A stretch of 64,000 nucleotides of DNA, from the NCBI GenBank assembly GCA_035547615.1, contig DASZUN010000070.1, positions 11,511 through 75,510 of the forward strand. Direction: 5' to 3'. Position numbers and translations under genes: made by a program. The notes beneath the pieces are model-generated. The model made no database searches. It was not told the DNA's origin and was given only the letters and a program-made list of their open reading frames with translations. Position 1 is the stretch's first letter. Each line of letters opens with the position of its first letter. This stretch comes from Gemmatimonadaceae bacterium (GTDB lineage: Bacteria; Gemmatimonadota; Gemmatimonadetes; Gemmatimonadales; Gemmatimonadaceae). Below, piece by piece: positions 27,012-36,940 of this stretch.

Positions 27012-28265
27012 ATGAAGTTCCCGCGTGGGGGCGGCCGTGCGTGGACGATCGCATGGTTTGCCCTCGCGCACCTGCTGCTCATCACGATCGGGTTTCACCT
27101 GATCTACACGAGCCGGTACAGCGACTTTCCGATCTATCAGCGCTACGGGCAGCACGTCGTGCTCGGCCAGCTGCCGTACGAGAGCTTCGCCGCCGAGTAT
27201 CCGCCCCTCGCGTTCCTGTTCTTCACGCTGCCCGCGGCGACCGTCGGCTTCAGCAGCCTGACGGCATACTACGCCGCGTGGCTCGTGCAGATCTTTCTCG
27301 CCGACGTCGCCGCGCTCTGGACGCTCGACGGCATCGCGCGTCGCCGCGGCCAGTCGCCGATGCTCGTGCTGGGCGCGTACACGGCGTTGTTCGCGGTGGT
27401 GGGCCCGATCACGGAGCGCGATTTCGACATGTTTCCCGCCCTCATGACGCTGCTCGCGATCGGCGCCTTTGAGGCGGAGCGCGAGGTCCGCGGCTGGATC
27501 CGGCTCTCGCTCGGCGTGATGACGAAGCTGTATCCGATCCTGCTCGCTCCCGTGGTGCTGCTGCGGCACGGCGGCAAGCTCTCGCCGCGCGCGGCACTCC
27601 GAGGCGCGGCGATCGGTCTGGCCACCTGCGTTGCGGTCATGCTCCCGTGGCTCCTCACCGCACCGGCGAGCCTCCTCAGCTTTCTGCGATACCACGCTGA
27701 ACGCGGGCTGCAGTTGGAATCGACCTACGCCAGTGTCGTGCTGGCGGCGACCAGGCTGCATCTGACGCGGTCGGTCACGGTGAACTCCTTCGGGTCATGG
27801 AACGTGATCGGCCCCGCGGCCGAAGTGGCGACGCGCGCATCCACCTGGTTGCTGCTAGTGGGGCTCGCGGTCGCGTACGCGGTCTGCAGCGCCGGATTCG
27901 CGCGCCGTGCGCCGACCACGCGAACGGCCGACTCGAACGCCACACTGGCGTCGTGCGGCGCACTCGTGCTGCTCGCGGGCATGATCACGAGCAAGGTGCT
28001 CTCGCCGCAGTATCAGGTATGGCTTCTACCGCTTCTCGCACTGTCGACCGGGCCACGCCGCACACTCCGGTGGGTGCTGTTCGCGGCGATCGCGATCACG
28101 ACCTACTACATTTTTCCCCGACACTACAATGCGCTCATCGCGATCCAGCCGGCTGCAGTGGTCGCGCTACTTGCTCGAAACCTGATGCTGGTGCTGCTCA
28201 CTGTCTTGCTGGCCATTGACATTCTGCGCGAACGGCGCGGCGCGCACGCGGCGAGGTCCGCGTGA
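27012..28265 (+). CDS. Polytopic membrane protein, DUF2029 / GT87-like (GT-C fold glycosyltransferase family)
   Basis: 417 aa, about 10 TM helices. The N-terminal loop DFPIYQRYG...LPYESFAAEYPPLAFLFF resembles the DUF2029/GT87 signature. The assignment is from memory of that family. Confidence 0.55.
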   Translation: MKFPRGGGRAWTIAWFALAHLLLITIGFHLIYTSRYSDFPIYQRYGQHVVLGQLPYESFAAEYPPLAFLFFTLPAATVGFSSLTAYYAAWLVQIFLADVAALWTLDGIARRRGQSPMLVLGAYTALFAVVGPITERDFDMFPALMTLLAIGAFEAEREVRGWIRLSLGVMTKLYPILLAPVVLLRHGGKLSPRAALRGAAIGLATCVAVMLPWLLTAPASLLSFLRYHAERGLQLESTYASVVLAATRLHLTRSVTVNSFGSWNVIGPAAEVATRASTWLLLVGLAVAYAVCSAGFARRAPTTRTADSNATLASCGALVLLAGMITSKVLSPQYQVWLLPLLALSTGPRRTLRWVLFAAIAITTYYIFPRHYNALIAIQPAAVVALLARNLMLVLLTVLLAIDILRERRGAHAARSA

Positions 28266-29149
28266 AGCTCGGCGCTCTACTCGCGCCCCCGCGCGTGCGG
28301 CTCGGCATGGCCTGTGAGTCGCTCGACACGGCGCGCACCGTGCTCCTCGAGGCGCTCGTCGCCTCCGGCGCCATCGACGACGTCGACCGGCTCCAGACGC
28401 GCGTCGCCGAGGAGCGGGGCGAGGACATGGTCGCGATCGCCGACCGCGCGTTTCTCCTGCATTACCGCACCGACACCGCGACCGCGCTCGAGGCGGCGAT
28501 CGGCGTGTGCGCGGAGGGCGTGCGGCGCGCGCTGGAGGACGGGAGCGAGCAGCGGGCGCCCATCGTCGTCGTCGTGGTCGGTCCGCCGCGCCACGCCGTG
28601 CGTCATCTGCAGGTCGTTCGTGCGTTCGTCCGGCTCCTCTCCAAGGAGGACGTGGTCGAGGCGATCGTCGCGGCACCCACGCCGGACGCCCTGATCGCGC
28701 TGCCGGCGTTCGCCGATCAGGAGTTGCCCGAGCAGTTGCTCGTGCGCGATCTGATGACCGACCGGCCGCGCACGACGACGGCGGACGTGCCCCTGCGCGC
28801 CGCCGCACGCGAGCTCGTGCGCACCGGGCTCGGGGCGCTGCCCGTCGTCGACGACAATCAGTTCCTGCTGGGCATGCTGAGCGAGCGCGAGCTGATGCGG
28901 CACCTGCTCGCCACCGAAGCCCTCACCGACGACTCGGCCCGCCAGGCGGCGCCGTTCTCGCGCGATCAGCGCACCGTGCGCGACGTCATGACGCGCCAGG
29001 TATTGTGTGTAGCCCCCGAACAGCCGGCGGCCGAGGTCGCCGCGCTGATGAGCAACAAGGACGTCGAACGCGTGCCCGTCGTGCGCGAGGGAAGGCTCGT
29101 CGGCTTTCTCACCCGCGGCGACATCGTTCGCAAACTCATAGGACCGTGA
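28262..29149 (+). CDS. CBS-pair protein with an N-terminal domain resembling PTS EIIA type-2 (PtsN-like)
   Basis: The C-terminal half has two CBS repeats (VRDLMT...[16 protein letters not shown] and VRDVMT...[19 protein letters not shown]). The EIIA-2-like call for the N-terminal 150 aa is tentative. Confidence 0.6.
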   Translation: MKLGALLAPPRVRLGMACESLDTARTVLLEALVASGAIDDVDRLQTRVAEERGEDMVAIADRAFLLHYRTDTATALEAAIGVCAEGVRRALEDGSEQRAPIVVVVVGPPRHAVRHLQVVRAFVRLLSKEDVVEAIVAAPTPDALIALPAFADQELPEQLLVRDLMTDRPRTTTADVPLRAAARELVRTGLGALPVVDDNQFLLGMLSERELMRHLLATEALTDDSARQAAPFSRDQRTVRDVMTRQVLCVAPEQPAAEVAALMSNKDVERVPVVREGRLVGFLTRGDIVRKLIGP

Positions 29150-29151
29150 CC

Positions 29152-29580
29152 ATGGCTGGCAATTACACGTTGACCATCATCAAGCCCGACGCGTTCGGCG
29201 GCGGCAAGGCGGGCAAGATCATCGCCCTCCTCGAGCAGCAGGGCTTCAGAATTCTCGCATCGCGGGTGATGCACCTGACGAAGGAGCAGGCGGGCGAGTT
29301 CTACGCGGTACACAAGGGCCGGCCGTTCTACGGCGAGCTCGTCGAGTTCATGACGTCGGGCCCGTGCATGCCGATGGTGCTGGAGAAGGCGGACGCCGTG
29401 GCGGCGTTGCGCACGGCGATCGGCGCGACCGATCCGGCCGAGGCCGCGGAGGGCACCGTGCGGAAGCTGTACGCCGAATCCAAGGGGAAAAACGCGATTC
29501 ACGCGAGCGATTCAGACGAGAACGCGGCGCGCGAGGCCCGGTTCTTTTTCGCCGAGACGGAGATTCTCGCGGCCCGGTAG
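29152..29580 (+). CDS. ndk: Nucleoside diphosphate kinase
   Basis: Contains [10 protein letters not shown] and the active-site motif [11 protein letters not shown] lies 2 nt after the upstream stop. Confidence 0.95.
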   Translation: MAGNYTLTIIKPDAFGGGKAGKIIALLEQQGFRILASRVMHLTKEQAGEFYAVHKGRPFYGELVEFMTSGPCMPMVLEKADAVAALRTAIGATDPAEAAEGTVRKLYAESKGKNAIHASDSDENAAREARFFFAETEILAAR

Positions 29581-29623
29581 CGCGGCCACGAGTCGGCCCG
29601 CTAAACGCTGTCGCGCCAGCAAC

Positions 29624-29652
29624 TTGTAATGCGCGCTGGAATCGTCTATTTT
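29624..29652 (+). promoter_or_regulatory. Candidate sigma-70-type promoter (TTGTAA-N17-TATTTT) for yceD-rpmF-plsX-fab
   Basis: Hexamers read in the 78-nt ndk/yceD spacer, just upstream of the yceD ATG at 29659. Confidence 0.35.
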
Positions 29653-29658
29653 TGATGG

Positions 29659-30171
29659 ATGTTGTCCTTTGACATCCGGTCGCTCGAATCCCACGCCGCC
29701 GTCGTCGACGAAGCGCTTTCCAACGACGACGCGGTGTGGCAGACGAACGATCCCAAGCCGGCGGGCGCGGTGCACGTGACCGGCCGTCTGTCGGCGGCAG
29801 GCGCGGGCCGGTTCTACTGGCACGGCCGGATCGAAGGCGACGTGGTGCTCGACTGCAGTCGCTGCCTCGCCGAGGCGCGAGCGCACGTCGAGGACGAAGC
29901 ACACCTCATCTTCGCCGAACGCGGGGCTGAGGAGACCGACGATCCCGATGTGTACGAACTGGATCCGCGGGCCGATGAGCTGGACCTTCGGCCAGCGATC
30001 CGCGAGCAGTGGTTGCTTGCGGCGCCGACTTTCGCGCTGTGCCGTGAGGACTGCCAGGGCCTGTGTCCGCGCTGCGGCGCGGACCTGAATGCAGGACCGC
30101 ACGACTGTAGCCAACACGAGGCCGACCCTCGCTGGGACGCGCTCCGCAAGCTCGATCAGCCCTCGAAGTAA
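29659..30171 (+). CDS. yceD: DUF177 / YceD family protein (large ribosomal RNA subunit accumulation protein)
   Basis: Contains the Cys motifs CSRCL and CREDCQGLCPRCG. Conserved position directly upstream of rpmF-plsX. Confidence 0.8.
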   Translation: MLSFDIRSLESHAAVVDEALSNDDAVWQTNDPKPAGAVHVTGRLSAAGAGRFYWHGRIEGDVVLDCSRCLAEARAHVEDEAHLIFAERGAEETDDPDVYELDPRADELDLRPAIREQWLLAAPTFALCREDCQGLCPRCGADLNAGPHDCSQHEADPRWDALRKLDQPSK

Positions 30172-30213
30172 CGCCCTCGTTCGACCCCGACCCTCAACGA
30201 CCCCGATAGTCCC

Positions 30214-30396
30214 ATGGCCGTCCCGAAGCGACGCACCTCGAAGCGGAAGAAGCGCGCCCGCAACACCCACAAGACGGCGCCCGCCGTTGCGATCCAGACC
30301 TGCCCGAAGTGTGGCGCGCCGAAGCGCCCGCATCGCGTGTGCGGCGAATGCGGGTACTACGGCGGTAAACAGCGGGTTGCAGCCAAGGAAGCGTAG
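30214..30396 (+). CDS. rpmF: 50S ribosomal protein L32
   Basis: N-terminus MAVPKRRTSKRKKRARNTH plus CPKCG...CGECGYY. Confidence 0.95.
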   Translation: MAVPKRRTSKRKKRARNTHKTAPAVAIQTCPKCGAPKRPHRVCGECGYYGGKQRVAAKEA

Positions 30397-30398
30397 CC

Positions 30399-31418
30399 TT
30401 GGCGCGCATCGCGTTGGACGCCATGGGGGGCGACTTTGCTCCCCGGGCGACCGTTGCCGGCGCGCTGCTCGCTCTCGCCGAGCTTGATCCCGCGCATTCG
30501 ATCCAGCTCGTCGGACGCACCGCCGCCATCAGCGAACAACTCGACGCGCTGCTCGCCGATCCGCAGTACATCGCGCCCGGCGTCCAGCGCGACCGTCTGA
30601 CCATCGTCGAGGCGCCGGACGTCATCGAGATGACGGACAAGCCCGGCGCCGCGGTGCGCGGAAAACCGAACAGCTCCATGCTCGTCGGCCTCAAGCTGCA
30701 GGCCGACGGCAACTCCGACGCGTTCGTCTCCGCCGGCAACACCGGCGCGCAGATGGCCGCGTCGATGCTCGTGCTGCGCCTGCACGCGGGGCTCAAGCGC
30801 CCGGCGATCGTCACCAATTTTCCGACCGCGCAGAAGTCGGTCTGCGTCCTCGACTCGGGCGCGAACGTCGACTGCAGCGCCGACGAGCTGCTGCAGTTCG
30901 CCCGCCTCGGCGTGGTGTACGCCGAGGATATCCTCGGCCGGAAGAATCCGGTGGTCGGGCTGTTGAGCATCGGCGAGGAAGCGGAGAAGGGGAACGCGGT
31001 CGTCAAGGAGGCGCACCAGCTCCTCCAGTCGGCCGGGCTCAACTTCGTCGGCAACGTCGAAGGCCGGGATCTGCCCAACGGCGCGTGCGACCGCGGGCCG
31101 TTCGACGTCGTCGTCTGCGACGGCTTCGTGGGCAACGTCGTGCTCAAGTTCTACGAGGCGATCGCGCCGTTCATCATGCGCCTGCTCGCGCAGGCGGGCG
31201 TCGATCAGCAAACCATGAAGAGCGCGCTCAAGCAGCTCGACTACTCCGAGCACGGCGGCGCGCCGCTGCTCGGCGTCAACGGCGTGAGCATCATCTCGCA
31301 CGGCAAGTCGAGCCCGCGCGCCATCAAGAACGCCATCAAGGTCGCTGTCCAGGCGATCGACACGCGGATGGACGAGCACATCGGCCGCCGCCTGCAGGAA
31401 GGAGTCGGAGCCGAATGA
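30399..31418 (+). CDS. plsX: Phosphate acyltransferase PlsX
   Basis: Contains IALDAMGGD and GNTGA. Non-ATG start 2 nt after the rpmF stop. Confidence 0.92.
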   Translation: MARIALDAMGGDFAPRATVAGALLALAELDPAHSIQLVGRTAAISEQLDALLADPQYIAPGVQRDRLTIVEAPDVIEMTDKPGAAVRGKPNSSMLVGLKLQADGNSDAFVSAGNTGAQMAASMLVLRLHAGLKRPAIVTNFPTAQKSVCVLDSGANVDCSADELLQFARLGVVYAEDILGRKNPVVGLLSIGEEAEKGNAVVKEAHQLLQSAGLNFVGNVEGRDLPNGACDRGPFDVVVCDGFVGNVVLKFYEAIAPFIMRLLAQAGVDQQTMKSALKQLDYSEHGGAPLLGVNGVSIISHGKSSPRAIKNAIKVAVQAIDTRMDEHIGRRLQEGVGAE

Positions 31419-32401
31419 AGCGTCCGCTCGCGTACATCGCGGGAACCGGCCGGGGACTGCCCGCGACCGTGATGACCAACTTCGATTTCGCGAGCGTCGG
31501 AATCGAGACCACCGACGAGTGGATCACCGAGCGCACCGGCATCAAGCAGCGCTACATCGCCAAGACGGAGACGGCGACCGACCTCGCCGCGATGGCGGCC
31601 CGGCGCGCGATGGAGAAGGCCGGCATCACCGCCGGCGAGCTCGACATCATCGTGCTCGGCACGGCGTCGCCGGATCGTCTCCTCCCGTCCGCCGCGGTGG
31701 ATCTCCAGGCGGCGATCGGCGCCGGCCGCGCGGCCGCATTCGACGTGGGCGCGGCGTGCTCCGGCTTCATCTACGGCGCCACGGTCGCGGAAGGCCTCAT
31801 GTGCACCGGGAACGCCGAAACGGCGCTCGTGGTCGGCGTGGAGAAGCTGAGCGCGATCACCGACTGGACGGATCGCTCCACCTGCGTCCTGTTCGGCGAT
31901 GGCGCGGGGGCGGCGGTCCTCAAGCGCTCCAAACAGCACCGCGGCATTCTCTCGACGTTCATTCGCAGCGACGGCACGCTCGGCGACCTGCTGTGCCGCC
32001 CCGCGGGCGGCGCGCGCCAGCCGTTCTCACAGGACGTGCTCGACACGCGGTCGCAGTACATCAAGATGAACGGCCGCGAAGTGTTCAAGAACGCGGTGCG
32101 CTCGATGTCCGAAGCCGCCGCGCGCGCGCTGGACGCGGCGAAGCTCACCGGCGCGGACATCGATCTCATGATCCCGCACCAGGCGAACATCCGCATCATC
32201 GAATCGACGGCGAAGTACGCGAGCATCCCGATGGACAAGGTGTTCGTGAACGTCGACCGCTACGGCAACACGTCGGCGGCGTCGATCCCGATCGCGCTCG
32301 ATGAAGCGATCGAGCAGGGGCGCGCCGGCGACGGGTCGCTCGTGCTGCTCGTCGGCTTCGGCGCCGGGTTCACCTGGGGCTCGATGGTCGTCCGTCTCTG
32401 A
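31415..32401 (+). CDS. fabH: 3-oxoacyl-ACP synthase III
   Basis: ATGA overlap with plsX. Contains the active-site Cys motif GAACSGF and a C-terminal GFGAGFTWG. Confidence 0.93.
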   Translation: MKRPLAYIAGTGRGLPATVMTNFDFASVGIETTDEWITERTGIKQRYIAKTETATDLAAMAARRAMEKAGITAGELDIIVLGTASPDRLLPSAAVDLQAAIGAGRAAAFDVGAACSGFIYGATVAEGLMCTGNAETALVVGVEKLSAITDWTDRSTCVLFGDGAGAAVLKRSKQHRGILSTFIRSDGTLGDLLCRPAGGARQPFSQDVLDTRSQYIKMNGREVFKNAVRSMSEAAARALDAAKLTGADIDLMIPHQANIRIIESTAKYASIPMDKVFVNVDRYGNTSAASIPIALDEAIEQGRAGDGSLVLLVGFGAGFTWGSMVVRL

Positions 32402-32411
32402 TCGACGAATT

Positions 32412-33353
32412 ATGGACGTAGTGCTACTATTTCCAGGCCAGGGCTCGCAGAAGCCGGGGATGGGCAAGGACCTCGCCGAGGCGTTCCCCGCCGCGCGCGA
32501 CGTGTTCGAGCGCGCCGATGCGGCCCTCGGCGTCCCCTTGAGCCGCCTGTGCTTCGAGGGGCCGGCCGACGAGCTCACGCTGACCCACAACGCGCAGCCG
32601 GCGCTCCTCGCGCATGGTGCCGCGGTCTGGGCCGCGACCCGCGACGTGATCGGCGCGAGCGTGCTCGCCGCGGCCGGCCACTCGCTCGGCGAGTTCACGG
32701 CCTACCACGCGGCGGAATCGCTCTCGCTCGAGGATGCGCTGCGGGTCGTGCGCCGCCGCGGCGAGCTCATGTACGAGAGCGGCGTCAAACGGCCCGGGGC
32801 GATGGCCGCGATCCTCGGCGAGACGAGTCGTCCGATCGAGGAGATCTGCGCCGAGGCGTCGCGCGAGGCGGGGCTCGTGGTGCCGGCCAACTACAACTGC
32901 CCGGGCCAGCTCGTGATCAGCGGCGAGGAAGCCGGCGTCGAGCGCGCGATGGCGCTCTGCAAGGAGGCCGGCGCCAAGCGCGCCGTGCGCCTGAACGTGA
33001 GCGGCGCCTTCCACTCGCCGCTCATGGACACGGCGGCCGCCGGACTGGCCGACGCGCTGGACCGCGCGAGTTTCGAGGATCCTCATTTCGCGGTCTACGC
33101 GAACGTGAACGCCGAGCCGGTGATGCACGCCGATCGCGCAAAGCAGCTCCTGCTCGACCAGCTCTCGAAGCCGGTCCGCTGGACCGAGGAAATCGGTGCC
33201 ATGGCGCAGCGGTATCCCGATGCGCTGTACGTGGAGATGGGGCCGGGCAGCGTGCTCGTGGGACTCGTGAAGAAGATCGCGCCGTCGGTGAAGACGGCCA
33301 CGTGCGGCACCGCCGCGGACGTCCAACAACTCCGGGAGCTCGTCGCACAGTGA
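32412..33353 (+). CDS. fabD: Malonyl-CoA-ACP transacylase
   Basis: Contains LLFPGQGSQ and GHSLGEF. ATG at 32412. Confidence 0.93.
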   Translation: MDVVLLFPGQGSQKPGMGKDLAEAFPAARDVFERADAALGVPLSRLCFEGPADELTLTHNAQPALLAHGAAVWAATRDVIGASVLAAAGHSLGEFTAYHAAESLSLEDALRVVRRRGELMYESGVKRPGAMAAILGETSRPIEEICAEASREAGLVVPANYNCPGQLVISGEEAGVERAMALCKEAGAKRAVRLNVSGAFHSPLMDTAAAGLADALDRASFEDPHFAVYANVNAEPVMHADRAKQLLLDQLSKPVRWTEEIGAMAQRYPDALYVEMGPGSVLVGLVKKIAPSVKTATCGTAADVQQLRELVAQ

Positions 33354-34087
33354 AGATCGATCTGTCGGGCCGGACGGCGCTCGTCACGGGCAGCACGCGC
33401 GGCATCGGCCGCGCGATCGCGGAGAGCCTCGCGCTCTCGGGCGCGCGCGTGGGCGTGGTGGGACGCGACCAGTCGCGCGCCCAGGAGGTCGCCGCGGCGA
33501 TCGCGCCCGAGGCGCGCGGCTTCGCGTGCGAGATCGCCGATCCGGCCTCCGTCACGGCACTCGTCGAGGCGGCCGAGCGGGAGTTCGGCGCGATCGACAT
33601 CCTCGTGAACAACGCCGGCATCACGCGCGACAACATCCTGTTCCGCCTCAAGGACGAGGATTGGGACGCCGTCCTCGACGCCAACCTGCGCGGCGCGTTC
33701 GTGGCGATTCGCGCCGCGTCGCGCGGCATGATGAAGCGCCGCTGGGGACGGATCATCAACATCGCGAGCGTGGTCGGGATCGTCGGCAACAAGGGGCAGG
33801 CGAATTACGCCGCGAGCAAGGCGGGGCTCATCGGGCTGACCAAGTCGGTGGCCAAGGAGCTCGCCTCGCGAAACATCCTGGCAAACGTCGTCGCCCCCGG
33901 ATTCATCGAGACCGACATGACGGCAGCGATGACCGACGACGCCAAGAAGACGTTGTTCACGCAGATCCCGCTGGAGCGTCTCGGCACCCCCAACGACATT
34001 GCGGGCATCGTGACGTTCCTCGCGTCCGAGCACGCCGCGTACGTCACGGGGCAAGTGTTCGTGGTCGACGGGGGCATGGTGATGTGA
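33350..34087 (+). CDS. fabG: 3-oxoacyl-ACP reductase
   Basis: GTGA overlap with fabD. Contains TGSTRGIGRAIA, NNAGI and YAASKAG. Confidence 0.93.
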   Translation: MKIDLSGRTALVTGSTRGIGRAIAESLALSGARVGVVGRDQSRAQEVAAAIAPEARGFACEIADPASVTALVEAAEREFGAIDILVNNAGITRDNILFRLKDEDWDAVLDANLRGAFVAIRAASRGMMKRRWGRIINIASVVGIVGNKGQANYAASKAGLIGLTKSVAKELASRNILANVVAPGFIETDMTAAMTDDAKKTLFTQIPLERLGTPNDIAGIVTFLASEHAAYVTGQVFVVDGGMVM

Positions 34088-34188
34088 GCGGCAGGGGAAG
34101 CCCCTCCGCCACGCTCCAAAGTCCTCCCGGGACAGACTAGATTTAAACGCCTATTACCAACCTCATTCGAGAGAGAGGAATCATTCCC

Positions 34189-34434
34189 ATGGCCGACAAC
34201 GCTCAGAAGGTCCGCGACATCATCGAGAAGGAGCTCGGTGTGGAGCGCGAGAAGCTCACCGACGAGGCCAGCTTCATCGAGGACCTCGGCGCCGACAGCC
34301 TCGACATCGTCGAGCTGGTCATGGAGTTCGAGAAGGAGTTCAACATCGACATTCCCGACGAGGATGCGGAGAAGCTCCGCACCGTGGGGGATGCGATCAA
34401 CTATCTGAATTCGAAGATCGGGAGCAACGCGTAA
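34189..34434 (+). CDS. acpP: Acyl carrier protein
   Basis: Contains the phosphopantetheine-site motif [12 protein letters not shown]. Confidence 0.95.
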   Translation: MADNAQKVRDIIEKELGVEREKLTDEASFIEDLGADSLDIVELVMEFEKEFNIDIPDEDAEKLRTVGDAINYLNSKIGSNA

Positions 34435-34492
34435 TGCGTGTCAATGCCGAATTCCGAGCGAGGGTGCGAAGCGCCAGAGCGAGGAACCACGC

Positions 34493-35737
34493 ATGAAACG
34501 GAGGGTCGTCGTCACCGGAATGGGGGCGATCACGCCGGTCGGCAACGACGTGGCGACGACTTGGCGTGCCATCACCGAGGGTGTCTCTGGTGGCGCGCTG
34601 ATCACCAAGTTCGACCACAGCACGTTTCCGGTGCACTTCGCCTGTGAGGTGAAGGGCTTCGATCCGCTGCTGTACATGGAGCGCAAGGAAGCCAAGCGCG
34701 CCGACCTGTTCGCGCAGTACGCGATCAGCGCGTCGGTGCAGGCGATGGCCGATGCCGGGCTCGACGACGCGTCGAAGTTCGATCCGGAGCGGCTGGGCGT
34801 GATCATCGGATCGGGCATTGGTGGGTTGAAGACGTTCGAGGAGCAGCACGACGTTTACCGCGAGCGCGGGCAGAGCAAGATCAGCCCGTTCTTCATCCCG
34901 ATGTTCATCTCGGACATCGCGGCGGGGCTCGTGTCGATGCGCTTCAACGCGAAGGGGCCGAATTACGCGACGATCTCCGCCTGCGCCACGAGCGCGCACG
35001 CGATCGGCGACGCGTATCGCACGATCCAGTACGGCGACGCCGACATCGTGATCACCGGCGGCTCGGAGGCCACCGTGACGCCGATGGCGATTGGCGGATT
35101 CGCGAACATGACGGCGCTCTCGGAGCGGAACGACTCGCCCGCCACGGCCATGCGCCCGTTCGACGCGACGCGCGACGGCTTCGTGATGGGCGAGGGCGGC
35201 GGCATCGTCATCCTCGAGGAGCTGGAGCACGCGAAGAACCGTGGGGCGACGATCTACGCGGAAGTCGTGGGCTACGGCGCGACGGGCGACGCGTACCACC
35301 TCACGGCGCCCGCGCCAGAGGGCGAGGGCGCCCAGCGCGCGATGCGCCGCGCCATGGCCGACGCGAAGCTCGCCCCGCAGGACATCGACTACATCAACGC
35401 GCACGGCACCTCCACGCCGGCCGGCGACCTCGCCGAGACGATGGCGATGAAGTGCGTGTTCGGCGAGCATGCCAAGCGCGTGAACGTCAGCTCGACCAAG
35501 TCGATGACCGGGCACATGCTCGGCGCCGCGGGAGCGGTGGAGTTCATCATCTCCGCGCTCGCGCTCCGGGACTCGATCGTTCCTCCGACGATCAATTACG
35601 AGACCCCGGACCCCGAGCTCGATCTCAATTACACGCCGAACCAGGCGGTGAAGCGCGACCTGCGCGCCGCCATCAGCAACAGCTTCGGGTTCGGCGGTCA
35701 CAACGTGACACTCGCGATAAAGCGATTCGAGGAGTGA
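34493..35737 (+). CDS. fabF: 3-oxoacyl-ACP synthase II
   Basis: Contains ACATSAHAIG, HGTSTPAGD and GFGGHN. Confidence 0.95.
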   Translation: MKRRVVVTGMGAITPVGNDVATTWRAITEGVSGGALITKFDHSTFPVHFACEVKGFDPLLYMERKEAKRADLFAQYAISASVQAMADAGLDDASKFDPERLGVIIGSGIGGLKTFEEQHDVYRERGQSKISPFFIPMFISDIAAGLVSMRFNAKGPNYATISACATSAHAIGDAYRTIQYGDADIVITGGSEATVTPMAIGGFANMTALSERNDSPATAMRPFDATRDGFVMGEGGGIVILEELEHAKNRGATIYAEVVGYGATGDAYHLTAPAPEGEGAQRAMRRAMADAKLAPQDIDYINAHGTSTPAGDLAETMAMKCVFGEHAKRVNVSSTKSMTGHMLGAAGAVEFIISALALRDSIVPPTINYETPDPELDLNYTPNQAVKRDLRAAISNSFGFGGHNVTLAIKRFEE

Positions 35738-35741
35738 CGCC

Positions 35742-36932
35742 GTGCCGACTCCCGTGCAGCTCGACCGTGCGCTGATCAGCGACCCTTCGCTTCACCCGAT
35801 CGCTGCCAAGGTCGAGCGCGGCGAGCGGCTCTCCGCCGCCGACGGCGTCGCGCTCTTCGCCAGCCCGGACCTGATCGGCGTCGGTCACATGGCCGACGCC
35901 GTGAACCGCGCGAAGAATGGCAGCCGCGTGACGTTCGCGGCGAATCACCACATCAATCCCACGAACATCTGCATCCTGCGGAAGACCTGCGTCTTCTGCT
36001 CGTACGCGCGCCTCCCGAAGGAGGAGGGCGCGTACCGCTACACGATGGAGCAGGTGTACGCCGAGGCCGCGACGGCGAACAGCACGCTGACCCGCGAGTT
36101 TCACATCGTGGGCGGCCTCGACATGCACGCGGGGCTCGACTACTACACGGAGATGTTCCGCGGGCTCAAGGAGCGCTTCCCGCACGTCCACATCAAGGCG
36201 CTCACCGCGGTCGAGATCGCGCACGTCGCGCGGATCTCCAAGCTGTCCGTGCGCGACACGCTGATCGCCCTGCACGAGGCGGGGCTCGACACGATGCCCG
36301 GCGGCGGCGCGGAAGTGTTCAGCCCGGGCGTGCGCGCCACGATCGCCGACAAGAAGCTCTCCGGCGAGGAGTACATCAACGTGCACCGCGAGGCGCACGC
36401 GCTGGGCATCCGCAGCAACTGCACGATGCTCTACGGCCACGTCGAGACGTACGAGGACCGCATGGCGCACCTCTCCATGCTCCGCGACCTCCAGGACGAG
36501 ACCGGCGGCTTCCTCGCCTACATCCCGCTCGCCTACCACCCCGACAACAACGAGCTCGGCGAGACGCTGCACCGCGAAGGCACCGCGACGACCGGCTTCG
36601 ACGACCTCAAGAACCTGGCGGTCGGCCGCCTGTTCCTCGACAACTTCGATCACATCAAGTCGCACTGGATCATGGTCACGCCGTTCGTGTCGCAGATCGG
36701 GCTGCACTTCGGCGTGAACGACCTCGAGGGCACGGTGGTGCGGGAGAAGATCTACCACGAGGCGGGCGCACACACCGAGCAGCGCATGACGCTCGAGCAG
36801 ATCCTGCGGATCATCCGCGGCGCGCGGAAGGTGCCGATCGAACGCGACTCGTTCTACAACGTCGTGCGCACGTTCGACGACGACACGGTGTCGCCGCTCG
36901 CGGCCGCCGCGCCGCAGCCGGCGGTCGCGTAG
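35742..36932 (+). CDS. mqnE: Futalosine-pathway radical SAM enzyme (CofH-like MqnE/MqnC family); tentatively aminofutalosine synthase
   Basis: CofH-like layout with the cluster-region sequence NICILRKTCVFCSY and GVNDLEGTV near the C-terminus. It is adjacent to mqnA. The E versus C assignment rests only on length (396 aa) and is uncertain. Confidence 0.7.
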   Translation: MPTPVQLDRALISDPSLHPIAAKVERGERLSAADGVALFASPDLIGVGHMADAVNRAKNGSRVTFAANHHINPTNICILRKTCVFCSYARLPKEEGAYRYTMEQVYAEAATANSTLTREFHIVGGLDMHAGLDYYTEMFRGLKERFPHVHIKALTAVEIAHVARISKLSVRDTLIALHEAGLDTMPGGGAEVFSPGVRATIADKKLSGEEYINVHREAHALGIRSNCTMLYGHVETYEDRMAHLSMLRDLQDETGGFLAYIPLAYHPDNNELGETLHREGTATTGFDDLKNLAVGRLFLDNFDHIKSHWIMVTPFVSQIGLHFGVNDLEGTVVREKIYHEAGAHTEQRMTLEQILRIIRGARKVPIERDSFYNVVRTFDDDTVSPLAAAAPQPAVA

Positions 36933-36940
36933 GAGCCGCG

